Below, one piece after another: positions 1 through 12,870 of a DNA stretch of 64,000 nt. The first letter of the stretch is position 1; every line of letters begins with the position of its first letter. Below the pieces are notes generated by a model. It was given only the letters and a program-made list of their open reading frames with translations, did no database searches and had not been told where the DNA came from. The stretch is from Podarcis gaigeae. Its lineage: Eukaryota. The stretch is from assembly GCA_964106915.2 (NCBI GenBank), contig OZ066927.1; one strand, given 5' to 3'. The translations under genes were made by a program, and so were the position numbers.

Positions 1-1999
1 GGCAGGGCGAGAGCAGCAGCTCCTCAAGTGACCTCGTGGCGCTGGGCCCAAGTGGCAGAGAGGAGGAGGGAGGAAAAGGGCAGCTTGCTGGCCTCCCTAG
101 AGATGGCATGGGGGTGGGGAGAGCTATGCCAAGCGGACACTTGAGGGATCCCCACCTAAGCCTTGCCAGCGACGGGCTCCTACTCCCTTCCAGCGTCCAG
201 TGTGCAGCCTCCCAGGCGACAATTTCTGAATGTCCCCTCTCATTTCCCGCACCCACACTCTTAGCAGGGCACAGACCACCACTGAAGGCAAAGGCAGGAG
301 GATAGGGTATGCTGGCAGGTCAAAAGGATTGCCCTCTGCGAAGAGGAAGCTCAAGGGAAGGAAGGAAGCAGGCATGGAGGTCCCACAGCAGTTGTGGTTG
401 ACCCCTCTTGCCCTATTCTCTTCTTGGTTGCAAGGCTCACAGGGGAAGTCCCTTTTAGCCTAGCCAACCTCACAAGGTTGCTGTGAGGATGAAAAGAGGG
501 AACTCCACGACCACCGTGGAATTGTCTCTGCCTGGAGAAAGACGGGTACAGGAGTATTTATCAGCGTCCACAGCCCAACAGCAGCCACTGGCCCCAACAG
601 ACCCCTTCACCAGAGCCTCCTCCCAGGACACTTTCAGCCTGTACATTCCAGGGGCTGAAGCCTCCACTCCCAATGTTCAATTGCAAAAAAAGGGGACATG
701 CAATTCCCCCCTCCCCAGAAGACAGCTGAAGAGAATTGCAGGGCATTTTGCCATGGAAACAGGGGCTTAAGTGTAAGGGGACACCAGCTCCTGCCCCGAG
801 AATTGGCACTGTGCCAGCGGTGGGGGCAATTCGCAGACAGAACGTCACTGCCAGGCAGAGAGGAGAGGGAGGTGCCCCTCCCTGGGGGCTCCAGCCTTAG
901 CAAGGAGAGGCTCTTCTGGTCCCCCAGCCCCTTGCTGAATGCAGCACAAGCCCTCAACTGGGCAGCTGGGGCCGGCCCCAGGTCTTCAAGGAAGGGACTC
1001 CCCTCTTCCCAGATCCCTTTGCCTTCTTCCTGGGAGTGCCTCAGAACCCCAAGCTAGTTGTTGCCTGCCCCACGCCTGGCTGTGCACCAGGCCCTGGCTC
1101 CCTGCCCTATTTTCCCCCAAACAAACAGGATTCCCCTTCGCAGGGCCTCTTGCCTTGGCTGCTGCCCGCAGGTGCCAGCACCACAAACCTGCTCAGCCTG
1201 CCCTAGGAAGGAGCCAGGAGCCACAACGGGCACTTAGGGGGTACAGCAGCACAGGCCAGGGCAGGAAGGAAGAAGCATGACCCACAGAGGACTGACACCC
1301 CACTCCTTAGCTCCAGTCCTGGACCTTAGGCTGTGCAGGACTGAGCCCTGGTCCATTCCAGTTGTGCCAGGGGCAAAACATTCCTCACAGATGAACAAAA
1401 GGAATTTCACTGAACAGCTTCTTTCCTGCCTCCAGAATCAAAGGCCCAGTGACAGAGAGAGCCCACTTCTGCATAACTACCTCCTCCATGTGCCCCTGCC
1501 CCAGGGGTCTTGGGTCTTCTGCAGAGTATTCGACCCCTCCACCCCAGCCCAACTGAGCCTGAGCTCCAGTCTGCTGCACAGCACCTCCCCTCACTGGGCT
1601 CTCAGGATCTGACCAGGACTGGAAGGGCAGGATTCTCTGCAGAAGCTCAGCACCCGGAACGGAAGACTCTGTTGCCATGTCATCCGCCAGCACCCACATC
1701 CAGCTCCAAGGGATAGTTCAACCCCCAGAAATCGCAGCAGGGAAAGGTTGTTACCACATGTGCAAGGTTAGAGTGCCTGGCTCTCATAGCCTGGGCGGTG
1801 GAGGCCTTGAGTTGGCGAGGGAGGAAGTGGTGAAGGGGCAATTGCAACCAGGAGCTGGCAAATGGCAAGCAGCCTGGATTGATCCTCATGCGAGGAAGAA
1901 GACCAAAGTGTGATAGAAGTTTATAAAAGCTGTGCATAGCGTGGGGGAAAGTGGGTAGAGCAAGTTTTGCTCCCTTCTCAACACTAGAACTCATGCATG

Positions 2000-2350
2000 G
2001 ACATCCAATAAAGCTGACTGTTGGAAGGTTCAAGACTGATAAAGTCATTCTTCACGAAATTTAACTATGGAACTCATAGCCACAAGATGCAGTGATGGCC
2101 ATCAACTTGGATGGCTTTAAAAAAGGATTGGGCAAATTCAAGGAGGAGAGGGAAATCAATGACTACAAGCAGGATGGCTATGCTCTGCCTCCACAGTTGG
2201 AAACCACAGGAGGAGAGAGTTGCCCTTGTGCTCAGGTCCTGCTTGCAAGTTTCCCAGAAGGGGCACCTGATTGCAGGACGTTCACTGTTCACTGCGAGAA
2301 CAGAAAACTGAAATAGATGGGCCCCATTTGGCTTGATCCAGCATGTTCTT
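2000..2350 (+). mobile_element. Degenerate CR1-type LINE 3' fragment
   Basis: ggttcaagactgataaag...gtgatggccatcaacttggatggctttaaaaaaggattgggcaaattc is a typical CR1 ORF2 end/3'UTR. A related copy sits at about 12500-12870. Confidence 0.55.
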
Positions 2351-4082
2351 CTTACGTTCTTAGCTCCAAAGAAACAGCTTGTTTTGTCCCCCGAAGATGC
2401 TCTAGCAGGCCAAGCCCCTGTCCTGCCCCCCAACCAAGCTTCACTCTGGAGTCAGGGCTCATCAAGACTGTGCCATGTTTTCTAGGCACAGGTCCACACT
2501 TTCTAGGTCCATGTGGTTTTTTGAGTGTGTTTCACCGCTTCCCCTGGGAAAACCCACTGTTTACTGCTGAATTGGAACAAATGGTAATCAGTTTTTCCAC
2601 GGATTCCCTTTTGCTCCAATTCAGCGGTTTTTCCAAGGGTAGCGGCAACACATATATATAAAATCACTTGGACACGGACCTAGAAAGTGCAGGCCTGTGG
2701 CAGGAAAGTGTGGTGCAGAAGGAAGTCTGGGTGAGCCCTAAAGCAGCTGGTGAGCTCAGCAAGTGAGGAAGCCTCTGAGTCTCCCTCTAAGGCAGCCATA
2801 TGAACAGGAGAGGAAGTGGGAATGGGGTGCTGCACCTCCCTGTCAACATGTCAAGTGCTTTCAACAGAGCCAGCCCCAAAAGAGCTGGACTCATCTCCCC
2901 CTGGAGCAAGAGATCCAATCCATCCTGAGTGCCAGTCCCACCCTGCAGTCAGCCCTGCCTTAGGTGGGCTTCAGTGAAGCTCATCAGCCCCGTTCAATCT
3001 CATATGCTTTGTCAATGCTGGTCAATGCCACGTCTTCCCACTCCAGTCAAGTGTGAAATGATTTAAGAGTTGCAGGGCAGCAAACAGCGTGGCATGAAAT
3101 CCCACCGGATGAGAACAAGGGGTGCCTCAAGGTAGGCAAACAGCCCCAGGGCACACAGTGTCCGATCCCACATGCAGGTGAAGTGCAAACAGCCTCAGGG
3201 GGCAGGCTGTGCTTTTGACCTTTCCAAATCTGCCCAGAAGATGATGCAACTGGCAACTCCATGCCTGATGCCAAGCAAAGCTTGCATTAGTCGTGCATCA
3301 ACACAGGGCAGCTGGGCCCACCACCACCTCCAAGATACGAGGCTCCTGGGGCAAAGAGAGCCAACCAGCCACCCGCAAAAAGTCACTTTTCAAGAGGCAG
3401 CAACAAATGCCCTTTTGTAAGGCGCACAAACGTCACCTTTCCACCTGTAGGGAGTTTAACTGAAGCACATTCAACTAGAAAGGACAAGGAAAAAGGTAGA
3501 GCAGCCTGCTGCCACTGGAGCCACATTCTACCTTCAGCACATCAAGCAACACCTCCCACCCAAGACAGCCAGCTCCACTGCAGAGCACATGAAAATATTC
3601 TGCCAAAGGCCTACAAAAAACTCAATGCAACTCCTGAAAGCAAATTGAACTATAGGCTGTAGGAGAAGGAAAACCAGTCATATGACACCATAGTCGCTGG
3701 CCAATCCCACCTGGGCAAACATTGGTTCCTCATCCCAATCTCAGCTAGCTCTGAACACCCAACAGACTTTCCCAGGTGGAGTTTCCAGCTCGCCCACCAC
3801 AGCCAAGCACCCTGCCTCTATTGTTAGCACCTCTCAGTGCCTCCATGCATGGAAAAGAGCCCCTCCCCCAGACCCCTGCAATGAGGAGAGCAGCAGATCT
3901 GCCTCAAACCCAGCAAGGCTCTTAGCTTCAGCATTTGTTTCATGGCTTAAATATCTCCCTTCTAAAGGCAGGAGCACCACACCTGGCCTTCTTCTTTACT
4001 CCTTCCAAGCCTTCTTTACTCCTTCAAGGGCTGCTCCCTCCCTCCCTTAGCCCATTTCAGCTTCCCTTCAGGCATCACTCAC

Positions 4083-4262
4083 CGGGCCCAAGTTGAGGAA
4101 TCCATGCTTCTTGGCCAGCCGCTCCGCTTCCTGTGGCCCAGCAGGGACTAGGACGGCCCAGGTGTTGGTGTAGACGTGCTGGCCAAGCACTTCTCTGGCC
4201 AGGAGAGCTAGGGCCCCAATCAGAGTCCACAACAACAGCAGCCTGGGTGGCCTCAGATCCAT
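4083..4262 (-). CDS. FURIN: Furin, first coding exon (signal peptide and start of propeptide); the remaining exons lie left of the window
   Basis: Translates MDLRPPRLLLLWTLIGALALLAREVLGQHVYTNTWAVLVPAGPQEAERLAKKHGFLNLGP, matching the furin N-terminus (..VFTNTWAV..RKHGFLNLG). Donor GTGAGT follows 4083. Acceptor ctctccccag precedes 4417, so the whole exon is 4083-4417. I found no further furin exon in 1-4082. Confidence 0.93.
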
Positions 4263-6598
4263 GAAAGCCGGGAAAGGGGGGAGCCCAGGGAGCACCTCAA
4301 AGCAGGCCCTCACTCTGCCGCCCAGCAAGGCCCCAGTCAGTCCGAGGCACCATCAGGGCTAGCGGTCAGGAGAGGGAGAGCAGGAGGCAAACCTCGAGGG
4401 TGTCACCTGTGCAGCACCTGGGGAGAGAAAAGGAGAGATTCAGATCCTGGACAGAGACTAGCAAAAGGCCAGGATGATGAGGAGGAGCCACACACAGACC
4501 TGCTCATGGGCACCTCAGCACAGGCTTGATGTGCCACCACCCCAAAGGTCTGTCCCACACCCCAGAATGCAGAGAAGTGTGGCAAGTAAGCTGTTCCTGC
4601 ACCCAGCATGCTGAGATCCCTTCCCAGAGCTCTTTGCCCCCCAATGACCATCAGGTGCCTCCTCCTCCTCCCCTCCCTTAACCCTCCCCAGGAAAAGGGC
4701 CCTGCTCCCAAGAGCTGAAGAGGCTGCTTGTTCAGGAGGGGCGGGGAATGTCCAGGGCTCTTTTGGCCAAACAGGCACTCATCCACTTGGGTGGCCTAGC
4801 AGGGCTGAAAACTCCAGTGGGAGGCTCCTGGGCCAGGCTGGCCCCGGGGGCAAACTGACAAAAAGAGCTCCCCTGCCTACTTCACAGGCCTTGAGCGAAG
4901 AGAGGGGCTGGGCTGCAGCTGAACTACCTGGGAGTGACCCAAGGAAGCCACGCTTGGCTCAAAAGACGTTTTAGGGAAAGTTTCAAGGCCGGGAGGCTCT
5001 GACTCGGGTTCTTGAGCAGCCAAGAAGGGATCAGCCCCCCACACCCATTGCTGAGGCAGCTTAAACCCTCCTCAAACAGAGGCTCTGGAATTCTATGAGG
5101 GGGCGAAGAATGTGCAATTAGACTTTGGCAAACTGTATTTGCATATGGTTATCGGCAACTGTGAACTGTCCTGGGATGATTATTTTTAATTGAAGGGGTA
5201 TAAAATATCTTAAGCAGATACTTGCAGAATGTGGAAATTTGCAGTTCCGCATTTCCCACACTTCTTTGGAAAGCTACTGGGAAGGCAGAGGTGGGGCTTA
5301 TGGAGACACAAGATAAACAGGGGTCAACAAGTTTGCAGAGATGGGCAGGGACCAACAAGGCCCACAAATTACCTCCTCAGAATCCCTCCTGCAACACTTG
5401 GGGAAACTCAAAGCTCTATCTAGCCCTGGGCTGTCACCCCAGTTCCACCTCCCTATGCTGCTCTGTCAACCTTCTGCACCAAGGCAGGCAGAACGCAAAT
5501 TGCTCCACTCACCTCCCAGGGACACAGAAAGCAGGGGAATATCAAAAAGGCACACTTGATAGAGGGTAGGTGGGCGGAGGAACAAGAAGAACCTGGGACT
5601 CAGGACCACTGTGAGGCCAGCCATGCAGCAGACAGAGACTACAAAGCACTCCATTGTTGGCTTAGCAATAAGGAACTTAGACTTTGGAACAGAACCTGAA
5701 GGATCATTTGCTCTCTGCAAGGCCAGAGTCTCCTCTCTTCCATGTCACCCAACCTATACATGACCAGAAGTGACCCAAGGTGGGACGGATCAGAGGTGAG
5801 CTTCCCTACTACCAGTTATGAAGCTGCTGCCACCACCAGAGTCAAGCCTTTGGTTCGCCTAGCTCAATATGGCTTCCTCCAATGGGCAGGGTCTCAGGCA
5901 CAGAGGATGGTCTTTCCCAACAGCACTGGCCACCTGCTTCTATTCCTTGGAGATGCTGCTGGGAACTGAACCCAGGAGATTCTTCAGGCACAGCAGCTGG
6001 TCTGCCCCTGAAGGAGAATCCAGTCCCCTGAGATCACAGTCTCAAGCAGGCTTGGCCGCTCCCCGCAGATGGCACCCAGTTCCTAACACATACACCCAGT
6101 GCCATCAGCTGTGCTCCTGGGTCCTTTTATGACCTGGCCTTTCTAGGTCGGTCTGTGGCCAGGGCCGCTCTGCCACTTCTAAAATCCTGACAATAACACT
6201 TGTTCATTGAGACAATGCTGCAAAACGAGGGGCCCTCAAGACACTGCTAAACAACTCCCATATGGCTAAGAGGAGGGACACAGATGTTGCCCTGCATGCG
6301 TCACTCTATGGGAACAAGCTTATTCCTTTAACTGAGGGGCCCAGAGGGATAGGGGAACAGAAGCAGCTCCTGTGGTTCAATGCCAGGAAGTTTTGAAATG
6401 CCATAAAGAGGAGAGGTAGTGGCAGCTGCATGCCAGGCCAGGCAGGAGGAGATGGAAGAGTCTGTCTGAATGGAAAACCAGAGGAGTTTCCATCCCCAGG
6501 CAACAAGGCAGCAGAAGAGTGTCTTTTACAGCAGGAAGGGAAGGGAGTTAACCCTTAGAGGTATGCAAACCCAAACTCATGACACACCACAAAAGCCT

Positions 6599-6690
6599 CA
6601 TCTTCTTTGGCGATCACTTGTAGCCGAGTAAAATTGTCTTCCATGAAAACGGTCTTAACAAGAAGTTTGTAAGTAACTGTTGAGGCCAAA
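6599..6690 (-). mobile_element. Short LINE 3'-end fragment (RTE-like)
   Basis: tctttggcgatcacttgtagccgagtaaaattgtcttccatg resembles a common lacertid LINE tail; family assignment is from memory. Confidence 0.4.
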
Positions 6691-7349
6691 GCCTCATACC
6701 ATGACCCAGAGAGAAAGTGGCTTAGGGACTTTCATCCTGTGACCTCTTTGGGCACAGCAACAAACTGGGCAGAAAACCAGAGGCCCAACAACCACGCTGT
6801 GTCCACAGGCAGCTGAAGAAAGAGCACCGGGGTGGGAGAACGGTTGACATCTTCCCTCCAGAGCCAGTTGGAGAGCTTCTCCAGGCAGACTCAGGTACAC
6901 CTGGCTAAATCCCTCCCACTCCCGCCTCAGCCTCCAGCACACTCTGATTCCCCTGAAGACACAGACCCACACACACCAGCTTGCCCCTGGAACATCAGCT
7001 GAGCCTTCTAGCCCCAGGGAGACTGCAAGCAGGCAGAATCCAGGCGCTCTTGCGACAGCACACCTACAGAGGGAAGGGCTGGGGAAAAGAGCACCCAGAA
7101 GTGACGAGGACTATGACAGCATCGACTCATTTCCTTAGAAGCGGGAGGACAGTGCAGCTGGACAGAAAGCAGTCAGCCTTGCCAGCTCAGCCGGCAGCCG
7201 CCATCGCCACCTTCCCGGTGGAAGCTAAGCGGTGGCCTTGTATCCCACCCTCCCACCCTAGGACAACTCCAGAGTAGCCAGGTCCCCCGTATGGTACCCC
7301 AAGATATTGGCAACCCACTTCTCTCTGCTTATTAAATGGGGGTCCAATC

Positions 7350-8700
7350 CGTGGGACCCTTCTCCCGTTTCATAGGGGGTGGGGAAGTGGTCCGGGGGAA
7401 CTTTCTCGGGGCAGCCGAGCCGTCGCTTCCGTCGGGAAGGCCACGTCCACGCCGACTTCTGCCTGGCCCCCCAGCGCAGCGCAGCTGGCCGCCCAGGCTT
7501 GTCTGGCAGGCAGGGTGACTCACGCCTCCCCTCGCCGCGGTTAAAGACGGAAAGCCGGAGGAGACGGCGAGGGAGGAAAACAAGCCACGCCAAAGAGGGG
7601 AGGTTGCCCTTGGGGGTTCCTGCCGCCGACAGGCCCGGCTGAAGACGGCCTGGGGAATGTGCCATGCCTCGAGTGGGCATTGCTCGGGGAGGCCGGCAAG
7701 GGCCAAGCGCCACCTGCGCCGCCTCCCGGGGACCTCAGACTACTCGGCTTCAAGCGTCACGGCCGCGCCGTGGGGAAAGACCTGGCCGAGCCCTTCTCCA
7801 GTCAGGGCCGTCGGGGAAGCTTCCCTCGGGAAGGGCCCAGGCGGGTCGAGCGAGAAAAACCCCGTCCCGTCGCCTCCAGGGGGACGGGCAGCAGCAACAA
7901 CAGGGCGGACGAACCGACTGCTAGATAGCTCGCTTCCCCCACCCCAGGCCCCTGCCCGAAACACCGGCCGCTGCCTTACCGGGCCGCCGCCGGCTGTTCC
8001 TCTCCTCCGAAGGGCTCCTGCGTCTGGCAGCGCCCGCCCGCCCCGTCTGGCCCCTTTATGGGCGGCGGCAGGAGCAGCGTCACCTAGACGGGAGGGAAGG
8101 ACCGGGAAGCCCAGCCCGGAGGAGCCCCCGCCCCGCGGGCAGCAGCAGGAGGCGGAGGCGCAGCGCTTGTTTACTCCCAGGAACCGCCGGACGGACCGGA
8201 GAGGGGGCGGCCCTCCACGGCTCCTCCTCCCGACGAGGGGCACCGAGAGCGCAGGCGAAAAGGCAGGCAGGGAAGCGGGCGGGCGCCCCCGGATGCCGTC
8301 ACTCCCGACTGCAGCAGCGAGCAGGAGAGGCGGGCCTTCTTTGGGCCCCCTGCCCGCTTGCCCGAAAGGAGGAAGCGCCCCCCGAGCGGGCGGACGAGCC
8401 GAGAAAAGGAACCTGGAAGCGCCTTTGGGCCGCCCCATCTGTCAGCAGCCACGGCAATTCCAAGGCCGGCCCTTCGCCTGTGCCAAGGCTGCGGCTCTTC
8501 GCCTTGCTTGGCCTGGCCTGACCGCGGCTCCCGGGCTTGGCCCGAACGCTTCCCGTGCATGAAGCGAGTGAGCGGTCCTCTCCGGAGCGCTGAGCAACTG
8601 GCCTCCCGAGCAGGTCACCGGAATCCTGCGCAGCAGCAGCAGCAGCGCCGGCCTCGGCCGCCGATTTTGTGTGCCCTGCGAGGGCAGTTGTTTGTTACTT
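7350..8700 (-). promoter_or_regulatory. CpG island, probable FURIN GC-rich promoter(s) and non-coding first exon(s)
   Basis: Very CpG- and GC-rich, with GGGCGG boxes. Strong minus-strand donors at 7980 (CCG|GTAAGG) and 7524 (GGC|GTGAGT), about 3-3.6 kb upstream of the first coding exon. Confidence 0.7.
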
Positions 8701-11700
8701 TTATGCTTTTACTGCCAGGGAGATGACGAAGTGCTTGTGCCAAAACAACTTGGCTGCCCTGGGCTCGCTTATCCCCCCAGAAACGTCAGACGAGCCCTGC
8801 TGTGTCAGATCAGACCCGCATCTAGCCCAGCAGGTGAACCTTCTTTCCTCTCCCTCCCTTGGCAGGTAGATGCCCGTTCCTTCCCCATCCGGTCCCCTGT
8901 GGTTCGTCTTCCTTCAACCAGAAATCAGATGGGTGGGACGGGGAAGCTCAATTGCACTTCTCATGGCTCCACCTTTTTGTTAACTTTCAGACCTCCGTGG
9001 GTTTTCTAGTTTGAAGTGGCAACAGTTAATTTGTGCCTAGTTGGCACTTCTAGAGCTGCCAGCACGAGGGAGCCCCCCTTGTTATGGCCGCCCCCCACGG
9101 GTGGGCAAGCAGAGAGATGCTCCAGAGATGCTGGAGGGTGGCGGTCTCATCAGGCACCCCCTCACATACGTTTGTGGCCTAAAATGTGATGTCCAGAAGC
9201 AAAGCACAGAGTTCTAAGCGGAAAGTGGCACAGAGCAGAGAGCTGGTTTCTGCTGGGAGTCAGTGCTAGTCCTGTTGTGCTCAAAGGAAGGGGGCCAAAG
9301 GATCCTAGCCCTCCTCCCTTGCAAAACTGGCAGGCCTGAGAAAATGAAGGTGGCTGCAGTCCTAGGCTTAGTTTATGTCCATAATTTATATCCTGCATCT
9401 TCAGCATTCCTAGAATTCTAAGGGACTAGTAAGAATCAAAAAGCACAATTTAAATAAAACATTAGAAAGTAAAACACCAAAATAATTCAACAAACTGAAA
9501 AAAACAACTGTTAGTTTAAATAAATGGTAAAATCAAACACTTCTGCCACCTCCAATATGCCAGCTCAAATGAGAATCGGATCCTATCAGTGTTCTTAACT
9601 GGAGTTGTGATGCTGTTTTGGTTGATCTGCTGTATGTACTGTATTTTGCATTTGTTGCACCATGCTTTTACAATATATGTTAATGTTGTAGCAGTCTAGG
9701 AAAACCAACACGCTTTTGCCAGTTCTCTAAAAGACAGCAATGAGGTATCCATGTGGACCACCATGGGGAGGGTCTACCAAAGTGAGAAGCCGCCACAGAA
9801 AAGGCTCTTCCCTGTTGCCATCTGCCACATTTTGGGTGGTGGAGGCACCCAGGGAAAGGCCTCAGGTGCCCAACTCAGTGGGCGGATGGATTGATACAGG
9901 TAAAGGTGGTCCAACAAATGACTGGGTTCAGATAAGACATGTCAGGGTTTAAAGAGCCCTTTGAATTGGCTCAGAAACTCACTGGGAGCTATTTCAACAT
10001 TGGAAAGGTTTGCATTCTTCGCTCATTTCCTGTCAGCAATCCAAGCAGCAGGGGCGTTCCAAATTGTCTTCAATGGCAGCCCCATGCACATTGCAGTAAT
10101 CAAACCACAGCCAGGGCATGGACAGCTCTGACTAACTACCTTGTCCAGGGCGGGTTGCTATTAGTGTATTGGCCTTGGCTGATAGGCAACCCTTTGTGCC
10201 ACCGAGGCTACTTAAGCCTCAAGAAATAAACAGCAATCTCCCAACTATGCACCTTATCACTTAGATACTGTTTTCAAAGGGGCTTCAGTTTATTGTGAGG
10301 ACATGCAAAGCCCCTTTCAAAGCAATTTGCAGGCACAGGTGATGGGTGGCGCCTGCAAGCCCTCTTGTGTCTGATCCAGGTTGCTGCCTGCCCCCTCCTA
10401 CTTGACACAGTATATGAGGGTACACCAAGCTATGGCCCTTCCTGGTATCTTAAAACATGGACACATCGCAGGCAGACACTGCAACATTGCAGCCTTATTC
10501 TGTCAGATCTCTTTCCTAATCACTCTTAAGATCACTTTGAGCTTTAAGTGGGATGGGCTCAGAAGCTAGACCTCTGCAGCCACAACCAAGGAACTACCCA
10601 TGACTCTTACTTCCATCACCCAGAGGTGAGAGACACCCTCAGCCTCCAGGAGGCATCTTACGTGAGCTGCTCCTCACAGTGCACAGGAAATCAAGCAGGT
10701 AGCTTTGCTGTCACTAAAATACCAAGCAGGCAGGAAACCTCTTACATTAACCAGAATTGGGGTCAGCTTAGTTACTGGAAATTACTGATAATTTTGTTTC
10801 ATAACCCAAATGCTGATTCAAGGTGGTTTTCAGGGGAAAACAGAGATATGCATCTGAAACCCAAGAGGTCCCAGGATTTCCTGCTAATGAAGCAAGTTCT
10901 CAGTGTGCAGAAAGCAGGCCCTGCTAAGCACGGCTCCCCTGCTCCCCACCCCATCCCCTGGAAATGGTCCTTCCTAAAGCTGGCAAAGAGGCATCCCTTC
11001 TCCCCCCCCCAAAAAAAAAGAGGCAGCAGCATCCATTTCCCCACCACTGAAAAGCTCTTGGCTCTTGCACGTTCTCCACATATTGGTAGCAAAGGCTATA
11101 AACAGCTCCAGTATTTGGGCCCTCCTACAGAAAGCAATCACACAGGCAGGCATCCCCTGAAAAGAATTGCTTAGCTTATTCACAAATGCCACACTGAGCC
11201 TCACTAGGTAGCCTTAATCATGATGCTGTCAGCTTGGTACTTCATCTGTAAAATGAGAGCAATGGTGAAGCCATCTTTGAATTTGTAAACTGAATTTTGG
11301 ACAACTGGCACCAAAGTACTTTACAAATTCAAATTGCTCCAAAACTGATTAAAAGGAGCAGCTAGTAAATTCCTCTGCTTACCACCGATTATTGAATGGG
11401 TACAAGGAAAGGACTATAGAACAGCATACTGAGAAAGAAACCCCACACAACACCACACTGCCAACATCCTGCATATTCCCAGGCAAACCTGAACAAGATG
11501 TCTGCACACCTCTGCGTGCTCTCAGGTGCTCAGGTTTCAGCTTCCCTCTGTGGCATCATCATCCCTGCACTTTGGTAGCTGCCAGCTGTTTTTCCTGGAG
11601 CAGGAGACTCCTGGCTGAGCACTCGGCCTGACTTGAGGAAATAATGCCTCCTTGTGGAGAAATAGCTGAGAAGGTGGATTTTTTCTTCATTCAATAATGT

Positions 11701-12499
11701 ATGTAAAACAGAGAGAACAAATGAAAATTAAAAGATTAAAAACAAAACTGTAACAGACACATAGAATGAGTACAGCTGCACATGGAATAAAATAAAGTTA
11801 ATGGATGAGAAGTTCCAGTAAAGCTGAGTCAGATTTGTCAGGCTTGTGATAAGGGTTGCTGGGATGCTGAGCTGAACAGCAGCATGAGACGATGCAGGAT
11901 TATCCCAGGCTCCAAACCCTGCCATAGCTAACCCTAACCCTTCTCACCACAAAGCTACAGGGTTGAGGAACAAACTCTGCCAACATGAATTCCGAGAGGC
12001 AATTTCTCAGATTCCCTTTGCTCAGTCTTATCTACTGCTTCATGCATGAACTCACAAATCTCCACAGACGTGGAAGCTCATTCATTTCTGCGAAACCTAC
12101 CAGGATGTATTAGATCATGAGAGGCTCCACTCCCATCTTCACCAGTTTTGTGAATTGCAGCTTTGTTCGGGTGTTAAAGCTTGAACCTTGGCAGAAGAGC
12201 TTGACATATGGATCTGCCAATGTGTGTATGTGTCGGAGATAGTTACAACCACTTTGACCACACTCACCACTGGCACTTGGAAGAACCCAGTGAAAAGGCA
12301 ACACAGTCCTCAGGCCACAAAAGACTAACCACCTCGGCTCCAGAGCCGTCTTTCCCAGAGCCGTCTTTCCTCCAGGTCTTTTGGCCTATCACTCCCATCA
12401 TCCTTGGACCATTGTTCATGCTGCCTGGGCCTGATTCGAGCTATAATTTAAAAATATATATCTGGAAGGCACCAGGTGGGGGAACACACTTATAGAGAG

Positions 12500-12870
12500 T
12501 CAAATGGAAACAGTTTTCTCCCTCACACAATGCTAGAACTCTCTGGGCCATCCAACAGAGCTGAACATTGAGAAATTCAGTTACCACTTCATACAGTTAA
12601 ACATACTTAAACACACACACAAGAGGTAGTGATGGTCACCAACCTGGATGGCTTTAAGAGGAGATTAGATACATTCATGGAAGATAGGGCCACCAATTGG
12701 CTACTAACCACAGTGGCTCTTTTACCAACAGTACCAGAAGTGGTGTGCCTCTGAACACCAGTTGATGGGATGATGTCCTGCTAGCAGGCTTCCCAGAGGC
12801 ACCTGGCTGGCCACTCTGGTAACTGGCTTCCGGACTAGATGGGGCCTCTTTGGTCAGATACAGCCAGCCT
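12500..12870 (+). mobile_element. Degenerate CR1-type LINE 3' fragment
   Basis: gtgatggtcaccaacctggatggctttaagaggagattagatacattcatggaagatagg; similar to the 2000-2350 copy. Confidence 0.55.

Noticed and set aside
1-4082. Further FURIN exons or a nested gene in this interval
   Set aside because: I could not find the expected next exon (..DYYHF..KRS..) or any other recognisable coding exon; treated as intron.
7657-8562. 301-aa + strand ORF and overlapping 232-aa - strand ORF
   Set aside because: Low-complexity Pro/Arg/Gly/Ala translation of a CpG island, with no recognisable domain; expected from stop-codon scarcity in GC-rich DNA.
10548-11174. 208-aa ORF upstream of FURIN
   Set aside because: No homology I recognise, it runs through C and A homopolymers, and it has no supporting splice structure.
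11928-11941. CTAACCCTAACCCT telomere-like motif
   Set aside because: Only about two units; compatible with chance.
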